Source: a virus
Length of the DNA: 64,000 nucleotides
IMG/VR virus record: IMGVR_UViG_3300045988_096244
Direction: 5' to 3' (one strand)
Numbering within the stretch: the first letter of the stretch is position 1; each line of letters begins with the position of its first letter. Position numbers and translations under genes: made by a program. This document shows, in pieces, positions 28,536-36,413 of this stretch. Below the pieces are notes generated by a model. That model worked only from the letters and a program-made list of their open reading frames with translations, did no database searches and was not told where the DNA came from.

Positions 28536-29111
28536 ATGGTTCAATTAGAGTTTACAAAGATTCGAGAGGTTAAATCCCCTAACCGAGCAAATGACGGGGA
28601 TGCCGGATTGGATTTCTACATCCCTCAGTTATCTGACCAAGATATTCTTAAGGTTGGAGAGAAAGGTGAAAATGACTTTTCTGGTATCAATCGGAAGATG
28701 TTTGGTAAAGGTTACATCAAACTGAAAGCATTGGGTACTGAAGATGTATATGTAGCAATTAAACCAGGTGGAAGACTTCTCATTCCTTCTGGTATAAAGG
28801 TACTTATCAATCCAAAAGAGTCCATGCTCATGGCAGCAAATAAATCCGGGATTGCAACCAAAGAGGGTTTATCATTTACTGCCGAGATAGTGGATAGTCC
28901 ATATACTGGTGAAATGCACATCGGTATTCATAACGGTTCCCCCGAAGAGGTTTATATTCCTCTGAACCAAAACAAGAAGATAATGCAGTTTATACATGTA
29001 CCAATTATACTTTCAAACCCGGTAGAGATTACCAATGAAGAGTATGACGAGAAAGCCAAGAATTGGGGAACTCGAGGGGATAAGGGATTCGGTGCTCACG
29101 ATAATAAGTAA
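28536..29111 (+). CDS. dut: trimeric dUTPase-family enzyme (dUTPase/dCTPase type)
   Basis: All five motifs are recognisable: DAGLDF, NKSG, IVDSPYTGEM, KIMQFIHV, RGDKGFGAHD. Confidence 0.8.
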   Translation: MVQLEFTKIREVKSPNRANDGDAGLDFYIPQLSDQDILKVGEKGENDFSGINRKMFGKGYIKLKALGTEDVYVAIKPGGRLLIPSGIKVLINPKESMLMAANKSGIATKEGLSFTAEIVDSPYTGEMHIGIHNGSPEEVYIPLNQNKKIMQFIHVPIILSNPVEITNEEYDEKAKNWGTRGDKGFGAHDNK

Positions 29112-29116
29112 AAACC

Positions 29117-30022
29117 ATGGATAGCAGAGACATTAAAGAAGAACCAAAAAACATAGAGGGTAACAAATATCTCGAGGAGATATACTCTATGCAAAAGAAC
29201 CTCTTATCTGGTTATATGGGTATAGAGGGACTACCACAGTATCCCATAGATATCAATACAAAAGCTTCTCAAACCTTACTCAAGGACTTCACTGCACGGG
29301 TAATAGAGGAGTTATCAGAGGGATACGAATCTTTTCAAGCAGTGGATGGTATCATGCAGGACAGTCACCACAAGATTATGGCCGGTGATGACCTGGTATA
29401 CATTGAACTGCTTAATCACCTTCAGAATGCCAATGAGGAAAATGCCGATGCAGTACATTTCTTCGTTGAGTTGCTGATATATGCTAACATTCAACCCGAT
29501 GATATCAAGGCATACATGGTGAAGTGGGTAAGGGATAACAAATGCGAACAGAGTACGGTAGATTACTTTAACTCTATACGGAATGATATCCTAAATACTG
29601 CTCAATCCCTTGGAGTGAAGTGGTTGATGAATGAGAGAGATATAGAGGTAATCTTTGACAGCAACTCAACCAACTTATTGAAGTGGTATGAAGAGAAAGA
29701 CTCTGAAACTTTCCCTGAGTACAATGATAAGTTACTGAAAGGTGGTCATAAGTATAACCACGAAAACTATGCTCTTCAATATCCCTACATATTGTGGAAG
29801 ATAACTCACCACCTTAATATAGCCAGGAATTTCCTGAAGAACAAACCTTGGAAACAATCTCAGGTAATGACTCAGGAGTTAAAGTATCAGGCTGAGTTGG
29901 TGAAGGCTTTCATATACTTCTGTGGTTATCTTGGATGGATAGGAATGGATTCTAAGGAAGTGTTCTATATTTACTTCAAGAAAAATCACATAAACCTGTT
30001 CCGCCAAAAATCTAAGTATTAG
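29117..30022 (+). CDS. all-alpha NTP pyrophosphohydrolase (dimeric dUTPase / MazG-like)
   Basis: KDFTARVIEELSEGYESF and EENADAVHFFVELLIYANI resemble the dUTPase_2/MazG metal-binding helices. Confidence 0.55.
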   Translation: MDSRDIKEEPKNIEGNKYLEEIYSMQKNLLSGYMGIEGLPQYPIDINTKASQTLLKDFTARVIEELSEGYESFQAVDGIMQDSHHKIMAGDDLVYIELLNHLQNANEENADAVHFFVELLIYANIQPDDIKAYMVKWVRDNKCEQSTVDYFNSIRNDILNTAQSLGVKWLMNERDIEVIFDSNSTNLLKWYEEKDSETFPEYNDKLLKGGHKYNHENYALQYPYILWKITHHLNIARNFLKNKPWKQSQVMTQELKYQAELVKAFIYFCGYLGWIGMDSKEVFYIYFKKNHINLFRQKSKY

Positions 30023-30023
30023 T

Positions 30024-31013
30024 ATGAATCTTATAAAAACTAAGAGCCCAATAGAGGCTTGGGAGAAGATACTCGAAAACTTCTTAATCAAGAAGACCGA
30101 GTGGTTCTGTGAAGGAGTTGGTTACAATCTAACCGACTCTCTATTCACTTATGACTTAATGGTAGAGATAGTAGAAGCTAAGTTCGACCCAAACTTCGAC
30201 TTCGGTAAGATGTTTGGGTACACCATGACAAAGTGGACAGGTTTAATTACCAACTACTTGGATTTGGATGTACTTGACCAAGCTAAGTTGATGATAAGGA
30301 AGTTAGAAGAGAATAAGACCGTAAACAGGAATTATCACATAGGCTTCCATTTTGCCGATAATCACGGCAGCGGTAAGGGATGTTTGGTGGGCGGTATATT
30401 CTCTCGTAAGATAGGGATTGAAAATCCCGAGATAACCGTGATACTTCGCTCATCAGAGGTGGTTACACGATTGCCAATAGATATTCTCCTATTCTGTCGT
30501 ATGGGACAGTATATCTACGGTCATGATAACTTCTCGCTAAAATTAGTTATCAAGGCTGCTTGGGCAAATGATACTACAATCTTGTTGTATCAGAACCGAA
30601 AAGATATCAAGGAGTTCTTGAAAGAGAACTGTGATGATGAAGCTCGTAGAAAAAAGATACGTAAGTCTCTCAAGAAACTAATGACAAGTGATGAAGCTGT
30701 TTATAAAACATACGGTAACAGTTTCAGAGCTTTCAAAGTATTAAGGAAAGACTTGGGATATAATCAGAAGTCCATGTTGGCATCATCTTTAGAGATTGGT
30801 GATTGGGATGGTATTCCTTTACCAGAAGTATGCCCATCTATACTTAAGCGAAACATGATAAAGAAGACATACTTAAAGTTCACTGAAAAGTACGGACTTA
30901 AGTTAAAGCTTGAAGAAAGTGGGGAAAGGAAAAAGAAGAAACTAATCTCGTTCTCCTCATCAGACGAAGATGATATGGATGATAATGAATCAACTGTAGA
31001 ATCAGATGAGTAG
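30024..31013 (+). CDS. divergent thymidylate-synthase-fold-like protein, paralogue A, with acidic C-terminal tail
   Basis: DPNFDFGKMFGYTMTKW..LDQAKLMIRKL..GSGKGCLVGG..ITVILRSSEVVTRLPIDILLFCRMGQYI parallels the TS core by eye (DQ.., PC.., QRS.D.., PFN..); tail SSSDEDDMDDNESTVESDE. Confidence 0.4.
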   Translation: MNLIKTKSPIEAWEKILENFLIKKTEWFCEGVGYNLTDSLFTYDLMVEIVEAKFDPNFDFGKMFGYTMTKWTGLITNYLDLDVLDQAKLMIRKLEENKTVNRNYHIGFHFADNHGSGKGCLVGGIFSRKIGIENPEITVILRSSEVVTRLPIDILLFCRMGQYIYGHDNFSLKLVIKAAWANDTTILLYQNRKDIKEFLKENCDDEARRKKIRKSLKKLMTSDEAVYKTYGNSFRAFKVLRKDLGYNQKSMLASSLEIGDWDGIPLPEVCPSILKRNMIKKTYLKFTEKYGLKLKLEESGERKKKKLISFSSSDEDDMDDNESTVESDE

Positions 31014-31794
31014 AGTAAAGGTAAAGAATAACCTGTTAATGTTCAAGAACAGCATGAAAGCTTGGGAAGGACTTAACAGGTTATTCCTGTTCAATACGCT
31101 TGGTTTGGACATAGAAAGAATTGGTAAAGCTCAATACATAAATGATTTAGTCATTAGTATTAAAGAACCTCTGGTAGACCCCGAATTTGATTTTGGTAGG
31201 CATTTCAATTATACCATGTCAAAGTGGAAGTCATTAGTGGCTAACTATGTTGATGAGAATAGTCTTTCATTACTGAGGCTGGATGTTATAGAGGCTATCA
31301 ACAATAGAAAGATATTCAACATAGGCTATCAGTTTAATAATAAACATGCCCACGGAAAGAATTGCCTATTATCCATGACTGTATCTAAAAAAGTGGGTAT
31401 GGATAACCCCATGATAACAGTATTCATGAGGGCATCCGAGGTTACTAAAAGGCTGATATGTGACCTACTCCTTATTCAACGTATGGGAGAATATATATTC
31501 GGATATGGGCAGAAGTTTCATGTATCAATACATTTCAGTCAGATATTCAATGATGATACTGTACTTCTTATGTACCATGCCCATGAAGACTTACTTAAGT
31601 TGAGTGATAAGCTTGGTATATACGACGGTAATTGGTATGACCGATTGAAGTATCTGCTTGAGGTGGACCCTGACAAAATAAAATATAAGGTACATAAAAG
31701 GGCAATAAAAGTATTAAGACCTGAGCTTTTCAAATATCCTAAGACCTTAGCTAAAGACTGTACTCTTGGGAGTGAAGACTGGCTACCGTTCTAA
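31006..31794 (+). CDS. divergent thymidylate-synthase-fold-like protein, paralogue B
   Basis: Clear paralogue of 30024..31013: DPEFDFGRHFNYTMSKW, HGKNCLL, ITVFMRASEVTKRLICDLLLIQRMGEYI. Confidence 0.4.
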   Translation: MSRVKVKNNLLMFKNSMKAWEGLNRLFLFNTLGLDIERIGKAQYINDLVISIKEPLVDPEFDFGRHFNYTMSKWKSLVANYVDENSLSLLRLDVIEAINNRKIFNIGYQFNNKHAHGKNCLLSMTVSKKVGMDNPMITVFMRASEVTKRLICDLLLIQRMGEYIFGYGQKFHVSIHFSQIFNDDTVLLMYHAHEDLLKLSDKLGIYDGNWYDRLKYLLEVDPDKIKYKVHKRAIKVLRPELFKYPKTLAKDCTLGSEDWLPF

Positions 31795-31830
31795 TATAGG
31801 GAAGTCTATTGAATTGCAAATACCAATGCA

Positions 31831-32010
31831 ATGAATATAGAAGTAAAGAAATCCCCCTATACAAGTAAGCTTGGTGGAGATATTGATATTACCTTTTCTA
31901 CTGATAGCGGATGGTTGTTCAATACTGTAGTCAATATAAGTAGGAAGGATTTAAGACAACTCAAAAGAAAGATAAGGAGGTATCTCCATGAAACAATAGA
32001 AGAAAAGTAA
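31831..32010 (+). CDS. small hypothetical protein (59 aa), paralogue 1 of a tandem pair
   Basis: MNIEVKKSPYTSKLGGDIDITFSTDSGWLFNTVVNISRKDLRQLKRKIRRYLHETIEEK; just under the ORF-track cutoff. Confidence 0.45.
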   Translation: MNIEVKKSPYTSKLGGDIDITFSTDSGWLFNTVVNISRKDLRQLKRKIRRYLHETIEEK

Positions 32011-32188
32011 TCCATACTTTGGTGTAGAAATATCCAGGAGCGAGTATAAAAATAGGTATGATAGAGATATTGAATTATCTATATCTACTAACGGTCATCA
32101 CTGGATAGGATTGCCAAATATGAATATCCAGGACCTGAAAGAACTACGAAAATCTATAAGAAAATATATTAAAGAAAACAAACAATGA
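31988..32188 (+). pseudogene. paralogue 2 of the tandem pair, with in-frame TAG at codon 4
   Basis: atg aaa caa TAG(31997-31999) aag aaa agt aat cca.. gives MKQ*KKSNPYFGVEIS..ELSISTNGHHWIGLPNMNIQDLKELRKSIRKYIKENKQ*; no alternative start after the TAG. Confidence 0.4.
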
Positions 32189-32955
32189 GAATATATTCGA
32201 ACCCCTATGAGTTAATGTCAGAGACGGCAAGAAACTTATGGGAAATGGGTAATGAGGTAAAACCCCGTACCTATCAAAACAAGGTAATAGAAGGCAATGA
32301 TGACTTCATTACAAAGGAACTCATCTGTGAGCAGTACTGTTTAACTCACATGGAAGACCCAGCTGCACTTTTTGTATTCACTAAGTCCAAAGATTGGGCA
32401 GAGGCAGAATTCGAAGAGAGAGTATGCGGTAGGATGGAAAATCCAGGTAAAGCATGGGAACTCCGTAAAAACGTTTGGGAAGAGTTTTTAGTTGATGGGT
32501 TCTTTGACTATACCTATGCAGAACGTATGAACGAGTCAGTGTTATACAAAGGTAAGGCATTCTCAAAACTCGAAGCAGTAATAGAATTGTTAAGGAATGA
32601 CAATGATACAAGAAAAGCCATATTAAATATATATGGTGAAGTCGGTTACCATGAGGACTGCGATTCAAACTATCTCGGTGGAGAAAAGAGAATACCGTGC
32701 TCCATGTATTACGACTTCCTCATCCGAGAGAATGCCCGAGGAGAAAAGCAACTCAATATATGTTATCACCAAAGGTCTTCTGATTTTGTAACCCACTTCG
32801 GTAATGATGTTTACCTGGCATGGAGACTCATGGAATATGTAGCTAGCGAGGTGGGAATCAAGCCTGGATATCTCTATCATACTATTGATAGTTTGCATAG
32901 TTATAAAAAAGACTGGGTGAAACTGAAGACCTCAATCCAAACCGAATTGAGATAA
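32185..32955 (+). CDS. thymidylate synthase (ThyA)-family enzyme, divergent
   Basis: RKAILNIYG.., catalytic-Cys context IPCSMYYDF, ICYHQRSSDFVTHFGNDVYLA.., TIDSLHSY parallel the ThyA motifs RR..saWNp / PCh..qF / yQRS.D..G.PFN / gd.HiY. Confidence 0.65.
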   Translation: MRIYSNPYELMSETARNLWEMGNEVKPRTYQNKVIEGNDDFITKELICEQYCLTHMEDPAALFVFTKSKDWAEAEFEERVCGRMENPGKAWELRKNVWEEFLVDGFFDYTYAERMNESVLYKGKAFSKLEAVIELLRNDNDTRKAILNIYGEVGYHEDCDSNYLGGEKRIPCSMYYDFLIRENARGEKQLNICYHQRSSDFVTHFGNDVYLAWRLMEYVASEVGIKPGYLYHTIDSLHSYKKDWVKLKTSIQTELR

Positions 32956-32960
32956 CCTCA

Positions 32961-33036
32961 GAAGGTAACGGTATAATTGGAGGGGATTGTTCTTTTCTGT
33001 AACCTTGAGATTAGTAGTAAAGTTACCGTTACCTTC
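32961..33036. repeat. perfect 13-bp inverted repeat (long hairpin) just upstream of tRNA-Met
   Basis: gaaggtaacggta 32961-32973 and taccgttaccttc 33024-33036, 50-nt spacer. Confidence 0.6.
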
Positions 33037-33040
33037 ACTC

Positions 33041-33114
<74 letters not shown>

Positions 33115-33164
33115 CAAGATGAATCTTTACTTTGCGCTGTGGACCGCGAGTCCTGATTCACCCC

Positions 33165-33206
33165 GGGTATCAGACTGTAGGGATATAGACTGATACCCAT
33201 TTTTAT
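33165..33206 (+). terminator. terminator-like hairpin plus T-tract ending at the 5' end of tRNA-Pro
   Basis: gggtatcag 33165-33173 / ctgataccc 33190-33198, then atttttat. Confidence 0.4.
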
Positions 33207-33281
33207 ACGGAAGTAGCACAGTCCGGTTAGTGTACTTGCTTTGGGAGCAAGGGGTCGCAGGTTCGAATCCTGTCTTCCGTA
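33207..33281 (+). tRNA. tRNA-Pro (anticodon TGG)
   Basis: Acceptor acggaag/cttccgt, anticodon arm cttgc-ttTGGga-gcaag, T arm gcagg-ttcgaat-cctgt. Confidence 0.85.
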
Positions 33282-33393
33282 CAAGGGCTATATGCTGGGT
33301 CATAACCGGAGATACGACCTCCAGCTAGCAATGGGCAATAACCCGGTACGAGATACCAAAAGCTCATAATTAAAGTCGAAGGCTATAGCTCTA

Positions 33394-33430
33394 GGAGATG
33401 AGCGAAGAACAGTACCTCATCTCCCCTTTT
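33394..33430 (+). terminator. terminator-like hairpin plus T-tract just upstream of tRNA-Leu
   Basis: ggagatgag 33394-33402 / ctcatctcc 33416-33424, then ccttttg. Confidence 0.4.
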
Positions 33431-33436
33431 GTAAAG

Positions 33437-33519
33437 GCTCGGATGGAGAAATAGGTAAACTCATCAGATTTAAGCTCTGACGGTCATTGACCTTGCGGGT
33501 TCGATTCCCGCTCCGAGTA
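33437..33519 (+). tRNA. tRNA-Leu (anticodon TAA), class II with long variable arm
   Basis: Acceptor gctcgga/tccgagt, anticodon arm tcaga-ttTAAgc-tctga, variable arm ggtc-att-gacc, T arm gcggg-ttcgatt-cccgc. Confidence 0.85.
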
Positions 33520-33534
33520 CAAAATACCCTTAAC

Positions 33535-33870
33535 ATGACAATCACATTCAAAGATTACCCTTGCGGTACAATTTCATTAGGTACTTCAGTAACAATAATA
33601 CCTAATTCATATCAGATTAAATCAATCCAGGATATGGAAGATATAATCAACCGTTCTAGAGAAGAAGTAAATAAAAGTCCAGTATTCCATACGTTTGCAA
33701 TAAATAAAAGAACTACAGCTGGTATGATTATTGAATGGCGAGCCCATAATATGCTATATGCACTGCATATAAAAAGGAATAGGACTCGAACGGTTGACCT
33801 GGATATAAATGAACCATGGTACCGTAAAGTAGGATATTTAATATTATCAACACTATATCTAAGATGGTAG
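33535..33870 (+). CDS. hypothetical protein (111 aa)
   Basis: Start moved to ATG 33535 (MTITFKDYPCG..) because the track start 33487 lies inside tRNA-Leu. Confidence 0.5.
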   Translation: MTITFKDYPCGTISLGTSVTIIPNSYQIKSIQDMEDIINRSREEVNKSPVFHTFAINKRTTAGMIIEWRAHNMLYALHIKRNRTRTVDLDINEPWYRKVGYLILSTLYLRW

Positions 33871-34472
33871 AAATTACAAACGTAGATGTGTATGACTTAG
33901 AGAAGTCAATTATAGCATGTAGAAATGCTATGCGTACAGAACCAGTATTCCCAGTAGACATGGATGCTTGGGGACATCCAATTTATGAACAGAAAGAATG
34001 GGATGATTCATTTAAGAGGGCCGTTAACTTGGCCAAATCCCCATCTAACAGTGGTCACCCTAATTTCTTAACCGGAATAAGGGTATCATTTGACATCCTA
34101 TACCCAAACTACTTTTCACCCGAGTTACAACGATATCATTGGATAGATATTGTAACCTCATCTTCAAAGATGCACAGGCTCGGTGAGATTGTAAAGAAGG
34201 AGTCATTCAATAAGTATGTAACCCCGGAGGTAATAGCTATAGTTCAGGACTTGGCAAATAAGTTCATAGAAGACCCAAGCTATGAGAATCGTATCAAGCT
34301 GCTGAGTAATTGCCCTCTCGGGATAGAATTATTCATGAGGGTAAGTACCAACTATATGCAACTCCGGAATATATACCATCAGAGGAAAGATCATCGTCTG
34401 AGAGAGGATTGGGGAGCATTCTGTAAGATGATTCAAGAGTTACCCTTCTTCGAAGAGTTCATAAACAAATAA
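33864..34472 (+). CDS. ThyX-fold (flavin-dependent thymidylate-synthase-like) protein lacking the canonical RHR motif
   Basis: GHPNFLTGIRVSFDILYPNYFSPELQRYHWIDIVTSSSKMHR and NYMQLRNIYHQRKDHRLREDWGAFCKMI parallel ThyX blocks (H.s.lEH..F.i...SR...hql.RHR....qS.RY; l..l.hf..lR....Aq.Eir). Confidence 0.45.
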   Translation: MVEITNVDVYDLEKSIIACRNAMRTEPVFPVDMDAWGHPIYEQKEWDDSFKRAVNLAKSPSNSGHPNFLTGIRVSFDILYPNYFSPELQRYHWIDIVTSSSKMHRLGEIVKKESFNKYVTPEVIAIVQDLANKFIEDPSYENRIKLLSNCPLGIELFMRVSTNYMQLRNIYHQRKDHRLREDWGAFCKMIQELPFFEEFINK

Positions 34473-34475
34473 GGT

Positions 34476-34715
34476 ATGCCATAAGATTACGAATATGTAA
34501 ACCATCCTAAACATTATAATCACTACAGTGTAGAAGTTATAGATATGATGGTATCTATCTATGGAATAGAAGCAACTGCTACCTGGTGTGAGATGCCTGC
34601 TTTCAAATATCGCATGAGAGTAGGTACCAAACCTGACAATCCTGTAGAACAGGACTTGGATAAAGAGAGATGGTACCTTAACAAGGCAAAAGAATTAAGG
34701 AGTAAGCTTGAGTAA
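34476..34715 (+). pseudogene. DUF3310-like gene with in-frame TAA at codon 3
   Basis: atg cca TAA(34482-34484) gat tac.. gives MP*DYEYVNHPKHYNHYSVEVIDMM..AFKYRMRVGTK..QDLDKERWYLNKAKEL; the first in-frame ATG after the stop removes the HP.HY motif. Confidence 0.45.
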
Positions 34716-34723
34716 AATAAAAG

Positions 34724-34760
34724 GGACAGTATATTGTGAAAGGTATACTGTCCTTCTTGT
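34724..34760 (+). terminator. rho-independent terminator
   Basis: ggacagtata 34724-34733 / tatactgtcc 34744-34753, then ttcttgt. Confidence 0.65.
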
Positions 34761-34844
34761 CGAAGAAGCTGAAGAGATATCTACAGAGATATGGTTTACT
34801 AAAGAACTATTGCATACTACAAATATTTATATTAAATACCACAG

Positions 34845-36413
34845 ATGGAGTCAAGATATGCTATACTAAAGAGTTTCTCACAAGTCAAGCGGCTTGTGAA
34901 AGCTTGTTTAAGAACTGGCCTAGCTTCCGTCGACTTCGAGACAAATGCTGAAGGTATCTATAACAAATCTTTCAAACCAACCATCCTATCAGTAACTTTT
35001 CAGGTAGGTTCTGGTGTATCAATCCCTTTATGTCATCATGAATATAACAACCCTCATTGGAAACGTTGGTTAAAGTATTTTGGTAGGCATGTGATTGAAA
35101 ATCCTAAAATAACTAAAGTAGGATGGAATCTGAAGTTTGACCTTCAGATATTCGAGTTATTTGGGATATATGTTAGAGGTACTGTTCTGGACGGAATGCT
35201 TATGAAGTATCTCCTAAATGAGGAGAAACCTAATGACCTGAAATCAATGGTTAGAAGGTATCTACCAGAACACGGAGATTACGAAAAGTCGGATAAGTTT
35301 GATAAGATACCATGGGACAAGAAACCATTGGAACCCTTATGCAAATACGGTTGCCAGGATACGGATTATACCTTAAGATTATCTATGTTCTTTGAGAGCA
35401 AGTTAATTGAGATAGGTATGTATCCATTATTTAGGCATTTGATAATGCCAGCATCCAGGGTACTCCAACATGCAGAGAAAACTGGGTTATACCTTGATAG
35501 GGAATTCAATCAGGAATTGCTTAAATCCTACAAGCCAAAGATTGACCAAGCAACTGCTAATTGCTTGAATCTTCCCAGAGTAAAGAAATTCTCTAGATGG
35601 CTTACCGAACAGAGAATAAGCAAATACCTGGAGTCCATAGAAAGTGAACTTGAAGATATGGATTATAGAGACCCTGCAAATAAGAGGAAGATAGCAAGTA
35701 GGGAACAAAAGATATCCAATATCAGGGCTGGAGTATTTACAACTAAGAAAGAACTTGAATTAACTCGAGAAGTAAACTTGGGCAGTCCTATTGATTTACC
35801 TTTATTATTGTACTCTAAAAAGGGATTCAACTTCCCGGTTATCAAGTATACTAAGGATAAGAAAACAAATAGGGATACTGATAAACCCAGTACCGATGAA
35901 GACACATTGGTAGAACTTCGGTTAACGGTTAAAGACCCTGAAAGTCCCAAAGCAATCTTCCTGGATAATCTTCTCGAGTTGAGAGGGTTAAAGAAAATGT
36001 ATACAACCTATATTGAGGGATGGCATGATAAAGTTCAGGATGATGACAGGATTCACGGGCAATTCAAAATCATTGGTACTACTTCTGGCCGTTTAAGTTG
36101 CATAAGTGGAGATACTAAAGTATTAACCCAGTATGGAGAAATACCCATTATAGATATTAAAGATTGGATTGGTGAAGGGTTGTGTGCCATGACTAAAGAG
36201 GGGTGGCAATTAATAGAAAACTTCATATATAAGGGTGTTAATGATATGTATGAAGTAACACTTGAGGATGGTACTTCTATTCAATGTACTTTAGACCATA
36301 AGTTTATAACCAATCAGGGGACTAAAAGATTAGGGGAAATTTACAATAAATACCGAAATACTATTGATTCTAAAGTTAAACTTTTAAGATATGTCCCAGA
36401 CCACGAACAATAG
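34845..36413 (+). CDS. polA: DNA polymerase I (family A), N-terminal part (3'-5' exonuclease and first half of the pol domain) fused to an N-terminal split-intein fragment
   Basis: ExoI motif SVDFETN; ..HGQFKIIGTTSGRLS then CISGDTKVLT..TLDHKF.. (intein blocks A/B), stop after 104 intein residues. Confidence 0.85.
   Translation: MESRYAILKSFSQVKRLVKACLRTGLASVDFETNAEGIYNKSFKPTILSVTFQVGSGVSIPLCHHEYNNPHWKRWLKYFGRHVIENPKITKVGWNLKFDLQIFELFGIYVRGTVLDGMLMKYLLNEEKPNDLKSMVRRYLPEHGDYEKSDKFDKIPWDKKPLEPLCKYGCQDTDYTLRLSMFFESKLIEIGMYPLFRHLIMPASRVLQHAEKTGLYLDREFNQELLKSYKPKIDQATANCLNLPRVKKFSRWLTEQRISKYLESIESELEDMDYRDPANKRKIASREQKISNIRAGVFTTKKELELTREVNLGSPIDLPLLLYSKKGFNFPVIKYTKDKKTNRDTDKPSTDEDTLVELRLTVKDPESPKAIFLDNLLELRGLKKMYTTYIEGWHDKVQDDDRIHGQFKIIGTTSGRLSCISGDTKVLTQYGEIPIIDIKDWIGEGLCAMTKEGWQLIENFIYKGVNDMYEVTLEDGTSIQCTLDHKFITNQGTKRLGEIYNKYRNTIDSKVKLLRYVPDHEQ

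Noticed and set aside
33285-33392. Possible fourth, degenerate tRNA or structured RNA in the Pro-Leu spacer (8-bp closing stem gggctata/tatagctc; a ctcataat segment reminiscent of the Met anticodon loop)
   Set aside because: No T-arm (GTTCRA) or D-arm could be folded. The similarity is only a few nucleotides. It needs tRNAscan/ARAGORN/Infernal before any claim.
33487-33534. Longer N-terminal extension of ORF 33487..33870
   Set aside because: The extension overlaps tRNA-Leu. The internal ATG 33535 is used instead.
34736-34951. 71-aa + strand ORF starting with GTG
   Set aside because: It starts inside the terminator hairpin 34724-34753 and overlaps the polA start, where a better gene model exists.
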